Shown here piece after piece: positions 11,069-22,076 of a DNA stretch of 64,000 nucleotides (positions within the stretch are counted from its first letter, which is position 1; each line of letters begins with the position of its first letter). The notes beneath the pieces were generated by a model. The model had not been told where the DNA came from and searched no databases. It saw nothing but the letters and a program-made list of their open reading frames with translations. The stretch lies in contig CAWHEB010000002.1 of the NCBI GenBank assembly GCA_963828285.1, positions 376,297 through 440,296 of the forward strand, given 5' to 3'. Source of the DNA: an uncultured Chloroflexia bacterium. Lineage in GTDB: Bacteria > Chloroflexota > Anaerolineae > Anaerolineales > Anaerolineaceae. A program made the translations under genes and the position numbers.

Positions 11069-11286
11069 GCGTCCCATCAGAAGGGAAAGGATGTTCCGGG
11101 TAGTGAAGAAAAGGTAGCTCGGTTTAGGCAATGTTGTCTTCATTGTAGCAACGACGTCGGTCATTTTTCTATTGAGAAGGACAAATATTTCGAATTAAAC
11201 AACCTTTACAACTACATAATAGCCTCCTCAGGTTGATTCGCGTCTTGCGGATGAGCATTAAGGAGGCTGTGCCGTATAATTAACCT

Positions 11287-14022
11287 ATGCCTGCGCCTAT
11301 TTTGGCCACCAAGCTTTATGTAACCCCACCCCGGTCCGGGATTGTTCCGCGTCCGCGCCTGATCGACAAACTGACTGAGGGTCTTGACCGCAAACTGACC
11401 CTCATTTCTGCCCCCGCTGGTTTTGGGAAAACCACCCTGGTCAGTGAGTGGATTGCCGAACTTCAGCAGAATACGTCAAAGCCTTCCATCCCAATTGCCT
11501 GGTTGTCGCTCGATGAAGCAGACAGCAACCCCGCCACCTTTTTCACATACCTGGGCGCTGCTTTACATACCGTCTCGTCAGATGTCGGCAAGAATCTCCA
11601 AGTCGCAATTCAATCCTCGGCGCCCCTCAATGAATCACTCCTTGCATCCCTGCTCAACGAAATTGCTGCCATCCCGAACGATTTCGTCCTGGTTCTGGAT
11701 GATTATCATGTCATCGATTCTGAACCTGTCGATCAGGCTCTCTCCTATTTACTCGATCATCTACCTCAGCAGATGCATCTGCTCATCACAACCCGCGAAG
11801 ATCCTTCCCTGCCCCTGCCGCGTTACCGCGCAAACGGACAAATGATCGAGATCCGTGCGGTCGATCTGCGTTTCACCCCTGAAGAAGCCGGTGCTTTCCT
11901 CAACCAGATGATGCACCTCGATCTTTCCGCAGAGAGTATCGCCGCACTCGATGCCCGCACCGAAGGCTGGATCACCGGTCTGCAGTTGGCTGCCCTCTCC
12001 ATGCACGGACGATCCGACATGGCTGGCTTTATCCAAGCGTTCACCGGCAGCCATCGTTTTGTGCTCGATTATCTGGTCGAAGAAGTCCTCCAGCATGAGC
12101 CAGAACTCATCCGCAGTTTCCTCCTGCAAACGGCCATCCTCGACCATTTTTGTGCTCCGTTGTGCAATGCGGTCACTGAACGCAATGATGGCAAGAAAAT
12201 GTTGGACACTCTGGAACGCGGCAACATGTTCCTCATTCCGTTGGATGATCAACGCCAGTGGTACCGCTATCACCACCTTTTCGCTGAAGTGCTTCAGACG
12301 CACCTTTTAGAGTCCCAGCCTGAACAAATAGCCTCCCTGCATTCGCGTGCAGGCAGGTGGTATGAACAAAACGGTCTGCGATCCGATGCCATCCGCCATG
12401 TCCTATCTGCCAAAGATTTCGAGTTCGCCGCGGACCTGATCGAGCTGGCCTGGCCGTTAACAGAGGATAAAACCATCCAGCCGTCTGTTTGGCTTGCCTG
12501 GGTAAAGTCCCTTCCGGATGATTTGGTTAAGCATCGGCCCGTACTCAATGTTGACTATGCCTACGGTCTGTTGGGCAGTGTTGAAATGGAATACGCACAA
12601 GAGAGATTTACAAAGGCCGAAGCTTTAATAAGTAACCCGACTGAATCGATCGTCGTGGTGGATCAGGAACAATTTAAGTCTCTACCGGCAACAATTGCGG
12701 TAGGTCGTGCCTACATCGCCCAGGCACACGGGAATATTCCGGATACGGTGAAATATGCCAACCAGATACTCGATCTCGCTCCTGAAGGGGATTCCTACAG
12801 ACGTGGACAGGCATCCATGCTTCTGGGGATGACCTACTGGGCAAGCGGAAACCTGAAAGCCGCCGACAGCATCTTTGCCGATTACACAATGAGATTGCGG
12901 ACTTCCGGGAACATCCCGGACGCGATTGCCACAACCGTTGTGTTGGCGGATATCCGCCTGGCTTTGGGACATCTCCACGATGCAACCAGTACCCTCGAGG
13001 AGTTATTACAATTTGTATTAGCTCGCGGTGAACCGATTTCGCCCGATGCAGCCGACCTGTACAGGGAATTAAGTAAGTTCTACATCGAACAGGGTGATTT
13101 GCAAGCTGCGGAGCTAAGCTTACAGCGAAGTAAAGAGTTAGGCGTGAAGGCGCATCTACCTGTTTGGCATTACCGCTGGTGTATCGATCAGGCTCGGTTA
13201 ATGGAATGCATGGGCGATCATGATGGCTCTCTCCACTTTTTGGATGAAGCGGAGCGCCTGTATATCCGCACGCCATTGCCCGAAGTTCATCCCATACCTG
13301 CCATCAAAGCCCGTATCTGGTTAGCCCAAGATAGGTTGGATAAAGCTCTGGAGTGGGTCCGCGAACAGGGACTCTCCCCCGACGATGACCTTTCCTACCT
13401 GCGCGAATTCGAGCATCTCACCTTGGTCTGTGTCCTCATCGCCCAATACCAAAACGATCACATCTATGGCTCAATCCAGTTAGCCCTTCATTTTCTGGAT
13501 CGCCTGCTTGCAGCCGCCCGGGCTGGTGACCGGACCAGTAGTGTGATCGAGATACTGGTCTTGCAGGCTCTCGCACATCACGCTCAGGGCAACATCCCTC
13601 CTTCTCTTGCACTTTTGGAACGAGCCCTGACCCTGGCTGAACCGCAGGGCTTCGTCCGGAGTTTTGTGTGTGAGGGAAAATCAGTCGAGGAATTATTGAA
13701 AAGGCTTGATGCAAAAGCCGCATCCATCCCCGTCAAGCAGTACATTCGACGATTGCTTTCTGTTTTAGATCATCCTTCCGGCATTGTAACCACTGTGAAA
13801 AAGCAGTCGATCGGTCCGCAGGTTTTGGTCGATCCGCTCAGCGATCGCGAGCTGGACGTACTCAGGTTGCTAGGAACTGAACTGAGCGGACCGGAAATTG
13901 CCAATGAACTCACAGTCTCGCTGAGTACCGTACGCACACACACCCGCAATATCTTCGCCAAGCTGGGAGTGACCAACCGCCGGGCTGCCAACATCCGAGC
14001 CGAAGAACTAAATTTAAAGTAG
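11287..14022 (+). CDS. LAL/MalT-family LuxR-type transcriptional regulator (intact, 911 aa)
   Basis: Walker A LISAPAGFGKTTLVSEW, long TPR-like middle region, C-terminal LuxR HTH LSDRELDVLRLLGTELSGPEIANELTVSLSTVRTH. About 85-90% nt identity to copy 1 over the first ~500 nt of overlap. Confidence 0.9.
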   Translation: MPAPILATKLYVTPPRSGIVPRPRLIDKLTEGLDRKLTLISAPAGFGKTTLVSEWIAELQQNTSKPSIPIAWLSLDEADSNPATFFTYLGAALHTVSSDVGKNLQVAIQSSAPLNESLLASLLNEIAAIPNDFVLVLDDYHVIDSEPVDQALSYLLDHLPQQMHLLITTREDPSLPLPRYRANGQMIEIRAVDLRFTPEEAGAFLNQMMHLDLSAESIAALDARTEGWITGLQLAALSMHGRSDMAGFIQAFTGSHRFVLDYLVEEVLQHEPELIRSFLLQTAILDHFCAPLCNAVTERNDGKKMLDTLERGNMFLIPLDDQRQWYRYHHLFAEVLQTHLLESQPEQIASLHSRAGRWYEQNGLRSDAIRHVLSAKDFEFAADLIELAWPLTEDKTIQPSVWLAWVKSLPDDLVKHRPVLNVDYAYGLLGSVEMEYAQERFTKAEALISNPTESIVVVDQEQFKSLPATIAVGRAYIAQAHGNIPDTVKYANQILDLAPEGDSYRRGQASMLLGMTYWASGNLKAADSIFADYTMRLRTSGNIPDAIATTVVLADIRLALGHLHDATSTLEELLQFVLARGEPISPDAADLYRELSKFYIEQGDLQAAELSLQRSKELGVKAHLPVWHYRWCIDQARLMECMGDHDGSLHFLDEAERLYIRTPLPEVHPIPAIKARIWLAQDRLDKALEWVREQGLSPDDDLSYLREFEHLTLVCVLIAQYQNDHIYGSIQLALHFLDRLLAAARAGDRTSSVIEILVLQALAHHAQGNIPPSLALLERALTLAEPQGFVRSFVCEGKSVEELLKRLDAKAASIPVKQYIRRLLSVLDHPSGIVTTVKKQSIGPQVLVDPLSDRELDVLRLLGTELSGPEIANELTVSLSTVRTHTRNIFAKLGVTNRRAANIRAEELNLK

Positions 14023-14109
14023 CGCTATCCAACATACAACCCACGCCTGACGGTGATATTCTACTTCCCGCCAGACTTTTTTGATTCCCCTCGCTTCTCC
14101 CGTTTAAAA

Positions 14110-14150
14110 GATCATCACCTCGTTCATCACATGTGACGATGACGCCTCAT
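14110..14150. promoter_or_regulatory. Conserved palindromic motif (putative operator), copy 2
   Basis: ATCATCACCTCGTTCATCACATGTGACGATGACG. Contains the perfect 10-bp palindrome TCACATGTGA plus GATGACG. Confidence 0.45.
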
Positions 14151-14220
14151 CATGTTTTTCGGTATCTTTGGTGTGCAAAGGGAATTCACATCAAAAAAGG
14201 TAATTTGCCCGAGGCACATC

Positions 14221-14499
14221 ATGAGTAATCTAAATCTACACGCAATATCTGAATACTACGACCAATCCGGACTGTACGAGATTCGTCTCAAGGGTCATCT
14301 GGATGCCCGCTGGGCTGGCCGGTTCGGGGATGTGCGCATCACACTGGAAGACAATGGTGACACGCTGCTGCTCTGCCAGGTGATCGACCAGTCCGCGCTG
14401 CATGGATTGCTCAAGAGAGTCCGTGATCTGGGTATGCCTCTACTCTCGGTCAATTTCGTTCGCCCCGGTCAGGCAGATACACAGGAGGTCGAACCGTAA
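14221..14499 (+). CDS. Conserved small hypothetical protein (paralog of 2292..2555)
   Basis: YEIRLKGHLDARW..TLEDNGDTLL..LHGLLKRVRDLGMPLLSVN. The ATG at 14221 aligns with the paralog; the ORF track starts upstream at 14152. Confidence 0.55.
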   Translation: MSNLNLHAISEYYDQSGLYEIRLKGHLDARWAGRFGDVRITLEDNGDTLLLCQVIDQSALHGLLKRVRDLGMPLLSVNFVRPGQADTQEVEP

Positions 14500-14572
14500 A
14501 TCATATCAAACCATCTCTTCAAACCGTATCAATCAAAATCAAACAAGATCAATAACTAAAAGGAATTAATGA

Positions 14573-15295
14573 ATGAAAACATACAGAATAAATGCAGTAA
14601 TGACAGGTATCCTCTACTTCCTGGGGACAGCTTTTGGGATCTCGGGTGGACTCTTAGGCGGTGATGTGCTTCAATCGCTCATTTCCGGCGTACCGTTGGT
14701 CGGTGTGGATATGCTCAGCCTCGCGGCCACCGATTCGTCCAAGCTTACATGGGGTGCTTGTTTAACCATCCTGATGGGAATTTCTCTGGTGGGGATGACG
14801 GTTTTCCTCTACCCGGTTATGAGAAAGGCGAGTAAAGAACTGGCAATGGGAATGGTCCTATTCCGCGGTGCTATCGAAGGGGTCTTCTATTTCTTATCAG
14901 CACTTAATATTTTGACATTGGTCGCCATTGGCAACCTATACATGACTGGTGGGGGAGATTCGGTTGTACTGCAGACTATAACCAATGTCTTGTATAAGTA
15001 CGCAAACCTCCAGGTCCCGGTCAGTTCCTTCATGTTTCTCATTGGGGCGATGTGTATTTACATCACCTTTTACCGCACCCGATTGATCCCGCGCTGGTTG
15101 TCTATCTGGGGCTTCATCGCCGTGGCAGCATCTCTTACTTCAGCCCTGTTGAAATTCTTTCATCTGGATACCGGCATTGGTTTCTTTCTGGAAATTGGGA
15201 GTATGTTCCCTCAGGAAATAGTCATGGCGGTCTGGTTGATCGTGAAGGGATTCAATCAATCTGCAATCACTGCCCTCTCTACCAAAACAGAATAA
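14573..15295 (+). CDS. DUF4386-like membrane protein
   Basis: 240-aa polytopic ORF beginning ..INAVMTGILYFLGTAFGI. RBS aaaggaa. Confidence 0.55.
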   Translation: MKTYRINAVMTGILYFLGTAFGISGGLLGGDVLQSLISGVPLVGVDMLSLAATDSSKLTWGACLTILMGISLVGMTVFLYPVMRKASKELAMGMVLFRGAIEGVFYFLSALNILTLVAIGNLYMTGGGDSVVLQTITNVLYKYANLQVPVSSFMFLIGAMCIYITFYRTRLIPRWLSIWGFIAVAASLTSALLKFFHLDTGIGFFLEIGSMFPQEIVMAVWLIVKGFNQSAITALSTKTE

Positions 15296-15418
15296 CGGTG
15301 TGATCTTACACACTTGGGACTGGCTGTTCGGAAATAAAAACTGGATTGCCAGTCCTGCAAAACATGGGCGACTGGTTGATTCAATTAAACTCTCAAAATC
15401 GTTCAAAAAAGGAAACAA

Positions 15419-16285
15419 ATGAACACAAACATAAATACCGACAAAATGGATCTGAAAATTTCTTATTACGTCACAAACCGACCGCATGTGGTAAAAGAAC
15501 TGGTTTTGTTTTTTCTGATTACTTTCATGATCATGTTCGGGCTTGGTGGGCTTGGTATGGTATTTCGAAGCCAGGTTGAAAAATTATTCGGCCCTATAAG
15601 CAATAACAATTTATTTGTCATGCTCCTTATTTATGCGCCTACCATCGCGGGACTAACACTGACAATTATTTTTGAGAAATGGAGCGGCCTTGTTGCTCTA
15701 TTTAAAAGAGGCGTATTATTCACTAAACCTAAGTGGTTGTTAATTGCCATATTTATTATCCCTTTAGTTCTGCTGGTTTATGGACTTTTTACTTATCTGA
15801 CCGGAATTGGAGCAAGCTCATTTAACTGGATTGCATATTTCGGTACTTTCCCATTACTCATATTTAGTCTTAATATTTTTACCGATGCTGGTCCACTTGG
15901 GGAAGAACTAGGATGGAGGGGTTATGCTCTTCCCAGATTACTTCAACTCCATTCACCGATCGCTGCAACAAGTATTTTGTCAGTTTTCTGGACCGTATTT
16001 CATCTGGTTGCTTTTTTGTCACCAGGTACTAGGCAATCAGGAATGTCATTTGTCTGGTTTATATTGTTCGTTTTTTCTCTAGCTTTTATCATGACATGGC
16101 TTTATATGAATACCGGCGGAAACTGGATTGTTTCAGGATTATTGCAGCATTATATGATTAATTCATTCCTTATAAACGGTGCAAACGGTGCAGCAAAAGT
16201 TGACGCTGGATTATCTATTTCTCTTTGTCTTGCAGTATCAATAATATTTCTATTCAGAGGTTTTTCAACAAAAGAGCATTTATGA
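15419..16285 (+). CDS. CPBP family intramembrane glutamic endopeptidase (CAAX protease / bacteriocin-immunity type)
   Basis: Motif 1 GEELGWRGY (EExxxR), motif 2 FHLVAF (FxxxH), polytopic. Confidence 0.8.
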   Translation: MNTNINTDKMDLKISYYVTNRPHVVKELVLFFLITFMIMFGLGGLGMVFRSQVEKLFGPISNNNLFVMLLIYAPTIAGLTLTIIFEKWSGLVALFKRGVLFTKPKWLLIAIFIIPLVLLVYGLFTYLTGIGASSFNWIAYFGTFPLLIFSLNIFTDAGPLGEELGWRGYALPRLLQLHSPIAATSILSVFWTVFHLVAFLSPGTRQSGMSFVWFILFVFSLAFIMTWLYMNTGGNWIVSGLLQHYMINSFLINGANGAAKVDAGLSISLCLAVSIIFLFRGFSTKEHL

Positions 16286-16487
16286 AAGTGGCGTAATCCT
16301 GAATGGTGGATTAGCAGATGCGCCTGAGGTCAAACAGTAAATGGATATTTGTTACTTGGAATGGAAGTTTGCCAGCGATAACGTTTCTGGTTCTTTTCAA
16401 CCCTTGGTAACCGAGAGATGTCCATAATTTTATTGAAGTCTGTCAAAGCAGATTAATCTAAAGAAAATAATAATTGGAGAAAATATA

Positions 16488-16913
16488 ATGGAATTAACAA
16501 GTAATGGCAAAGTAGTTGTCTCGACATCACTTTTCCGGATGATCTTTGGGGGGTATCTTATAGGAAATGATCTATATCGCTTTAACGATGCAAACAGCGC
16601 GTTACAGGTCCTTTTGATTTATGGCGTGATTAGCCTATTCGTAACCCTGTTCATTATAAGCAAAAGACATGGAAGATTAGGTCTCTTAGGTCTTATGGGT
16701 ATGGATGTCCTTTTCATCGGGGCTCAGTTTGTTTTCACGTTCCTTTCTGTAAGTAAATTAGTAGACCCGGGTTTGCATGACCCGGTGACCAATTTGTGGT
16801 CGTTGTTGTTGACGTTTTCTTTTGCCCTGGTGACGCTCATATTCTCCCTCAGAGCTTACAGAGAAACCAGAAACTCCAACGCGGACAATTTAAAATCTAC
16901 GATTAACTCTTGA
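16488..16913 (+). CDS. Hypothetical 4-TM membrane protein
   Basis: 141-aa hydrophobic ORF with RBS ggag. No homology recognised. Confidence 0.4.
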   Translation: MELTSNGKVVVSTSLFRMIFGGYLIGNDLYRFNDANSALQVLLIYGVISLFVTLFIISKRHGRLGLLGLMGMDVLFIGAQFVFTFLSVSKLVDPGLHDPVTNLWSLLLTFSFALVTLIFSLRAYRETRNSNADNLKSTINS

Positions 16914-16947
16914 AACAAAATAGGTTCAACCTGAAAGGTGGTTATCG

Positions 16948-17877
16948 ATGAAAATGAAAGCGATTGTTTATGACAAATATGGGTCACCGGAGGTTCTGCA
17001 ACTCAAGGAGATAGAAAAACCTACACCCAAAGACAATGAGGTGCTGGTCAAAGTCCATGCCACCACCGCCCACATTGGGGACACGATCATGCGCAGCCTA
17101 AAAATCCCCGGGCCTCGTTGGCAGAGACTCTTATCTCGGATTTACCTGGGTATTAGAAAACCTAAAAGAACCATACTGGGTATGGAGCTGGCTGGAGAAG
17201 TTGAATCCATTGGCCGGAAGGTTACACGCTTCAAACCGGGAGATCCAGTTTTCGCCTCCACCTTCGCGGTCAATTTTGGCGGTTATGCAGAGTATAAATG
17301 CCTTCCCGAAAACGGGGTGATCGCTATCAAACCGAAAAACAGCTCTTACGAGGAAGCAGCCGCTGTCCCAAACTCGGGGATGACAGCATTGCATTGCCTT
17401 AGAAAAGGAAATATCCGGAGCGGACAAAAAGTTCTTATTTATGGCGCTTCAGGAGCAGTGGGAACTTTTGCAGTCCAGCTTGCCAGGTACTACTTTGGAG
17501 CAGAAGTGACCGGTGTATGCAGCACCACGAATTTGGAATTGGTTAAATCTCTGGGCGCAGATCAGGTCATTGATTACACGCAGGAAGATTTTACCCAAAG
17601 CGGCGAGACCTACGATGTTATTTTTGACGCGGTTGGCAAACTTCCATCTTCTCAAGGAAAAAAGGCTCTAAAGAAAACGGGTATCTATCTTAATGTTCAT
17701 ACCGCTTCAGACGGCGGTAATAATGTTGAAAACCTGATCCTCCTTAAAGAGCTCATTGAGGAGGGAAAGATAAAAGCGGTCATCGATAGGTGTTATTCAT
17801 TGGAGGATGTGGCCGAGGCACATCGATATGTTGAAAAGGGGCACAAAAAGGGAAATGTCATCATCATAGTGGGATAA
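16948..17877 (+). CDS. Zinc-binding oxidoreductase (MDR superfamily), paralog of 4151..5104
   Basis: [44 protein letters not shown]-terminus HKKGNVII matches the paralog. Confidence 0.85.
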   Translation: MKMKAIVYDKYGSPEVLQLKEIEKPTPKDNEVLVKVHATTAHIGDTIMRSLKIPGPRWQRLLSRIYLGIRKPKRTILGMELAGEVESIGRKVTRFKPGDPVFASTFAVNFGGYAEYKCLPENGVIAIKPKNSSYEEAAAVPNSGMTALHCLRKGNIRSGQKVLIYGASGAVGTFAVQLARYYFGAEVTGVCSTTNLELVKSLGADQVIDYTQEDFTQSGETYDVIFDAVGKLPSSQGKKALKKTGIYLNVHTASDGGNNVENLILLKELIEEGKIKAVIDRCYSLEDVAEAHRYVEKGHKKGNVIIIVG

Positions 17878-18072
17878 AATCCCCAAAATGGCAAGGATAT
17901 GATTCCAATTATGAGAAATATCTCATAAGTAAATCAGAATTTATTAAGAAAGCGAATATTTATTTCATATTAAGTGTATGGATTGAAACTATATATGATA
18001 TAAAATTGTCTTGATGAATGGAATACTTTTAGTAAATCCTCTTGTTATATGCCTTGAAATAAAAAGGAAATT

Positions 18073-18885
18073 ATGAAAAAACCAACAAAATTCCCCTACC
18101 AGTTTTTTGTAGTTACCTTCCTCTGGTCCTGGCTGATCTGGCTGCCACTGGTTTTGGCAGGCGCGGACATGTTGCCGCTGGAGAAAAACCTTCTTACCAC
18201 ACTGACCATACCAGTGACCATGCTGGGAGTCTTCGGTCCGGCGGCAGGAGCTATTTACTGCCTGAAGACATTGCATGGCAAAGGTGCCATTCGCGACTAC
18301 CTGCGTGGATTGTTGGACCTGCGTTTTGGCTGGAAAGCCTGGCTGATCCCCATCCTGGTCTATGGCGTCAGTACCTGGTTGGCGTGGATCCTGCCGGAAC
18401 TCTGGGGAGAACCGCGCCTGAAAATGCTTCTGCCTTCAGTCTGGGTTTTTCCACCGTATCTATTGATCATGATCGTGTTAGGCGGCGGACAGGAAGAGCT
18501 GGGCTGGCGAGGATACATTGTGGACCACATGGAAGAGAAACTCGGCACCTGGTGGGGAAATCTGGTACTCGGTGTGATCTGGACTTTCTGGCACTTACCA
18601 TTGTTCTTTATTCCAGGAGTCAGCCAACCTTACATGCATTTTGGCGGTTTTATGTTGCTGATTATCGGATACTCCTGGTTCCTGGCATGGGTTCGACAGG
18701 TCTCAGGTAAACGCACCATGGCACCATTGGTTGCCCACGGTGTTGCCAATGCGTTCATTCCCCTCTTCCCTACATTGGTGATGGTCCAGGGAGTGGAGCA
18801 GCCGCGTTTTTGGCTCTGGGTCAGTCTTTCCTTTTTGATTGGGTTGGTAACCCAGTTCCTGCGCTCACGAACACGGAAAAAATGA
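18073..18885 (+). CDS. CPBP family intramembrane metalloprotease
   Basis: GQEELGWRGY and WTFWHLP motifs. Confidence 0.8.
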   Translation: MKKPTKFPYQFFVVTFLWSWLIWLPLVLAGADMLPLEKNLLTTLTIPVTMLGVFGPAAGAIYCLKTLHGKGAIRDYLRGLLDLRFGWKAWLIPILVYGVSTWLAWILPELWGEPRLKMLLPSVWVFPPYLLIMIVLGGGQEELGWRGYIVDHMEEKLGTWWGNLVLGVIWTFWHLPLFFIPGVSQPYMHFGGFMLLIIGYSWFLAWVRQVSGKRTMAPLVAHGVANAFIPLFPTLVMVQGVEQPRFWLWVSLSFLIGLVTQFLRSRTRKK

Positions 18886-19181
18886 GCAAATAGTCTCGAG
18901 ATCTTGTCATCCGGATGTTCTCCTAATTATCCCGGTCCATGCGCTTTGACCCCGGGAACCTTCACCATTACACAGTGGTATTGCACAAACTCCGATTCGG
19001 ACCAAAATGAGTATATACATTGAAAATATGGAACCAAACCTTTTCCGTTTGGGTCTTTGGCATGTATTGGCTGGATGCTTTTGGAAAAGATTTAGCGGAT
19101 CGTCAGACAGATGGGGGTGGGGAGGTGCGTTCCAGTCTTCCCTAAATTGGAAGTGTAATTTCGATAGAGGAGTACAAACGA

Positions 19182-20010
19182 ATGCCATTCAATAAGAATT
19201 CCCAATTGGATTCTTCACAGGTTGATGACCGGCGCGGACGTGGGATGGGAACTACCGTGGCACTGGGCGGTGGTGGGTTAGGTCTGATCATCCTGGTGAT
19301 TGCTTTGCTGACGGGAGTGAACCCGGGCGACCTGTTGGGCGCAGCCCAGCAGGGACCATCAGCGTCGATTGATAACCCCGCCGAAATAAGCAGCCTCGCG
19401 GATGTCTGCCAGACAGGCGCGGATGCGAACTCCCGTAAGGATTGTGAGGTAGTCGGCTTTGTCAACAGCATCCAGGCTTTCTGGACGGACGAATTTGCCA
19501 ACCAGGGCGCTGAATACACACCTGCCAGAACCGTTCTTTTCTCTGGTTCAACCGAAGGAGCCTGTGGATATGCTTCCGCTGCTACTGGTCCGTTTTACTG
19601 TCCTCAAGATCAGCAGGTTTACCTTGACCTCGCTTTCTTCGAGCAGTTGCAATCGCAATTTGGAGCGCAAGGCGGCGCATTTGCCGAAGCCTATGTGTCT
19701 AGCCCACGAGTACGGACATCACGTTCAGGACCTTGCAGGTGCCCTGGACACCTCAGGGAACTCAGGTGCGACCGGACCACAGAGCGCATCAGTGCTCACC
19801 GAATTACAAGCGGACTGTTTGGCCGGCGTCTGGATTTTCCACGCCACCGAAACCGGTTACCTCACTCAGCCAACTGATGCGGAGATTGCCCAAAGCCTTG
19901 ATGCCGCGGCTTCCGTGGGTGATGACAATATCCAAAACATGAGCCAGGGATATGTCTCCCCGAATCCTGGACGCATGGATCGTCCGAGCAACGTCAGCAG
20001 GCTTTGTTGA
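19182..20010 (+). pseudogene. YpfJ-like neutral zinc metallopeptidase (PF04228-type), +1 frameshift near 19697
   Basis: N-terminal part in frame 3 (..[30 protein letters not shown]). HEXXH part [21 protein letters not shown] in frame 1. Deleting one T from gtgtctagcc restores [10 protein letters not shown]. Confidence 0.75.
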
Positions 20011-20174
20011 CCGGGATGAAATCAGGTGATCTAAATTCTTGCAATGCGAATTGATCGTCATCAGGGAAAACCAGCTTTATAGAATCCAACCATCTTCTTG
20101 GAAGTTTTGGGGTGGTCAATCCAAGGGGATACCGATCGGTATCCAATGCACAATCCTGTGCGAATGGAGATCAA

Positions 20175-20588
20175 ATGGATAGTCCCAACAATTGGAATCA
20201 GGCAATCATTGACGAGTTCCGTGCAAATTCCGGCAAGGTTGGCGGAAGGTTCGCCGGCAAAACTTTGCTGATCCTGCATACATCTGGGGCAAAGAGTGGA
20301 CAGGAACGCATCAATCCAACTGCTTATGTCATGGATGGTGACCGTCTGGTGATTATCGCGTCTAAAGGTGGAGCACCCACCAATCCGAACTGGTACCATA
20401 ACATCGTCGCTAATCCCCTGGTCAACGTGGAAGTCGGAACCGAACAATTTCAGGCTCAGGCGGAAGTCGCAGCCGAGCCGGAACGAACCCGTTTGTTTAA
20501 CAAAATGGCGGAAATGATGCCCGGTTTTTTAGAGTATCAGCAGCGAATCACGCGTGTGATCCCCGTCATCACCTTGACCCGTGTTTGA
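20175..20588 (+). CDS. F420H2-dependent nitroreductase/quinone reductase family (DDN/PPOX-class split barrel)
   Basis: NWNQAIIDEFRANSGKVGG..LLILHTSGAKSGQERINP..MDGDRLVIIASKGGAPTNPNWYHN. Typical of PF04075. Confidence 0.7.
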   Translation: MDSPNNWNQAIIDEFRANSGKVGGRFAGKTLLILHTSGAKSGQERINPTAYVMDGDRLVIIASKGGAPTNPNWYHNIVANPLVNVEVGTEQFQAQAEVAAEPERTRLFNKMAEMMPGFLEYQQRITRVIPVITLTRV

Positions 20589-20610
20589 CCCGTCAACCAG
20601 GTAGGGGTGA

Positions 20611-20705
20611 AATGAGTGTAGGGGCGGACCTGCGTGTCCGCCCATCTTTCCTCCTCGTCATTGCGAGACCGAGTGCACCTGCTTCGGTCGAGGAGCAATC
20701 CCCAA
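20611..20705. repeat. GC-rich hairpin repeat element, copy A
   Basis: GTAGGGGCGGACctgcgtGTCCGCCC followed by GTCATTGCGAG-[hairpin]-GCAATCCCCAAC. Confidence 0.7.
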
Positions 20706-20756
20706 CAGCTCTTCTACCCAGGCACGTTGCATTCCTACCGGTTTTGAAGGAATGGG

Positions 20757-20870
20757 TTGGTAGGGATGGAATGTCCAGACCTCCATCCCTACCAGTTAAA
20801 GCCCCTCCCGCATAAACATCTTTGGTATAGATCGAAATTACTTGCGGGAGGGGTTGGGGTGGGCAATGTA
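20757..20870. repeat. Pair of long perfect hairpins (12-bp and 11-bp stems)
   Basis: GGTAGGGATGGA-atgtccagacc-TCCATCCCTACC and CCCCTCCCGCA-(30 nt)-TGCGGGAGGGG. Confidence 0.6.
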
Positions 20871-21085
20871 GCTGATAGGTTAGGTTTCCTCCGCGAAACC
20901 CCATAGAAATACTATCCTTGCCACTATGCCTTCGAGAATCAGGATAATTTTTTCCCTATAAGCATATAATCATCTAAAGAGATCGTTTCTAACTTACGTT
21001 GGTTTTCCAATCAGAACTCGATTTCCCGCACTTTCCAGAGGGGATAAATGCAAACCATTCGCCTCACAAACCTAATGGAGCAGCC

Positions 21086-21655
21086 ATGGATGTGAAAATA
21101 CTCATCATCATCGGATTCTCATACCTCTACGGATTCTTTGAACTGTTTATGAATCTACGCCAACGGGGAAAAAGCAAAGTAAAAACTTCCAATGACAAAG
21201 GGAGTTTATGGGTTTTGTATCTACTCATCACCATTGGTTTTACCCTGTCATTCGTGATTGGAGCGACAAAAATTGGCAGGGTGCAACCCTGGAACACTTT
21301 CTTTGCCGTTGGAGCCGTCCTGGTGGTGATCGGATTGTTCGTCAGGATCCAGTCCATGCTCACCCTCAAACGATACTTCACCTATTCTGTGTCTCAGGTT
21401 GAGGATCACAAACTCATTGAAACGGGATTATATAAGACCATCCGGCATCCCGGGTATCTGGGTCAATTGTTGATCTTCGTCGGGCTCTCGATCTCATTAT
21501 CGAATTGGTTGTCCGTTCTGCTCATGATGATCCCGGTTGGTTTTGGATACTTGTATCGAATGAACGTGGAAGAAAAGTTTATGCTCGAACAAATGGGAGA
21601 AAAATACCTGAATTATCAAAAACGGACAAAACGAATCATCCCCATGGTTTATTGA
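21086..21655 (+). CDS. Isoprenylcysteine carboxyl methyltransferase (ICMT)/phospholipid methyltransferase family protein
   Basis: C-terminal RHPGYLGQLL..EE..L...G..Y..Y...T.R.IP signature. Polytopic. Confidence 0.8.
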   Translation: MDVKILIIIGFSYLYGFFELFMNLRQRGKSKVKTSNDKGSLWVLYLLITIGFTLSFVIGATKIGRVQPWNTFFAVGAVLVVIGLFVRIQSMLTLKRYFTYSVSQVEDHKLIETGLYKTIRHPGYLGQLLIFVGLSISLSNWLSVLLMMIPVGFGYLYRMNVEEKFMLEQMGEKYLNYQKRTKRIIPMVY

Positions 21656-22076
21656 ACTTTGCCTGTTGTAGGGGATCTTTCAGTTGGTAGTTCATACACT
21701 ATTCCATATTCTGTCAGAACCCAATCCGAACAGCTTATGATAAATCTTGAGCTATTGGGATTGAATTCCAAATTACCTTGCGACTGGAACCGAATCTTAA
21801 ATCACTGGGTTATATAAAGAGATTATATATACTGAATTAATTGAATCAAGAAAATCATCCGCATCGGTGGGATTTCAGGATACTTGGTTGTATGATTAAG
21901 TAAGCTCGCTCTTTGCCAATTGTCATAATGAACCTTTAATAATATGTAAAAATCACACAGCTAATATGGAACATCATCAAAATACGCACTTTACAAAATA
22001 CTTTCCATCCTCCCTTCGGTCGTTCTGGGAGGTTCGTTCATGATGTCCTTTTATTACATAATTAAGCTGGGTAAAT

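Noticed and set aside
11423-12548. Several 73-180 aa ORFs in both strands inside the intact LAL regulator (and equivalents at 48..559 in copy 1)
   Set aside because: Nested alternative-frame ORFs in a GC-rich long gene. No independent homology or RBS.
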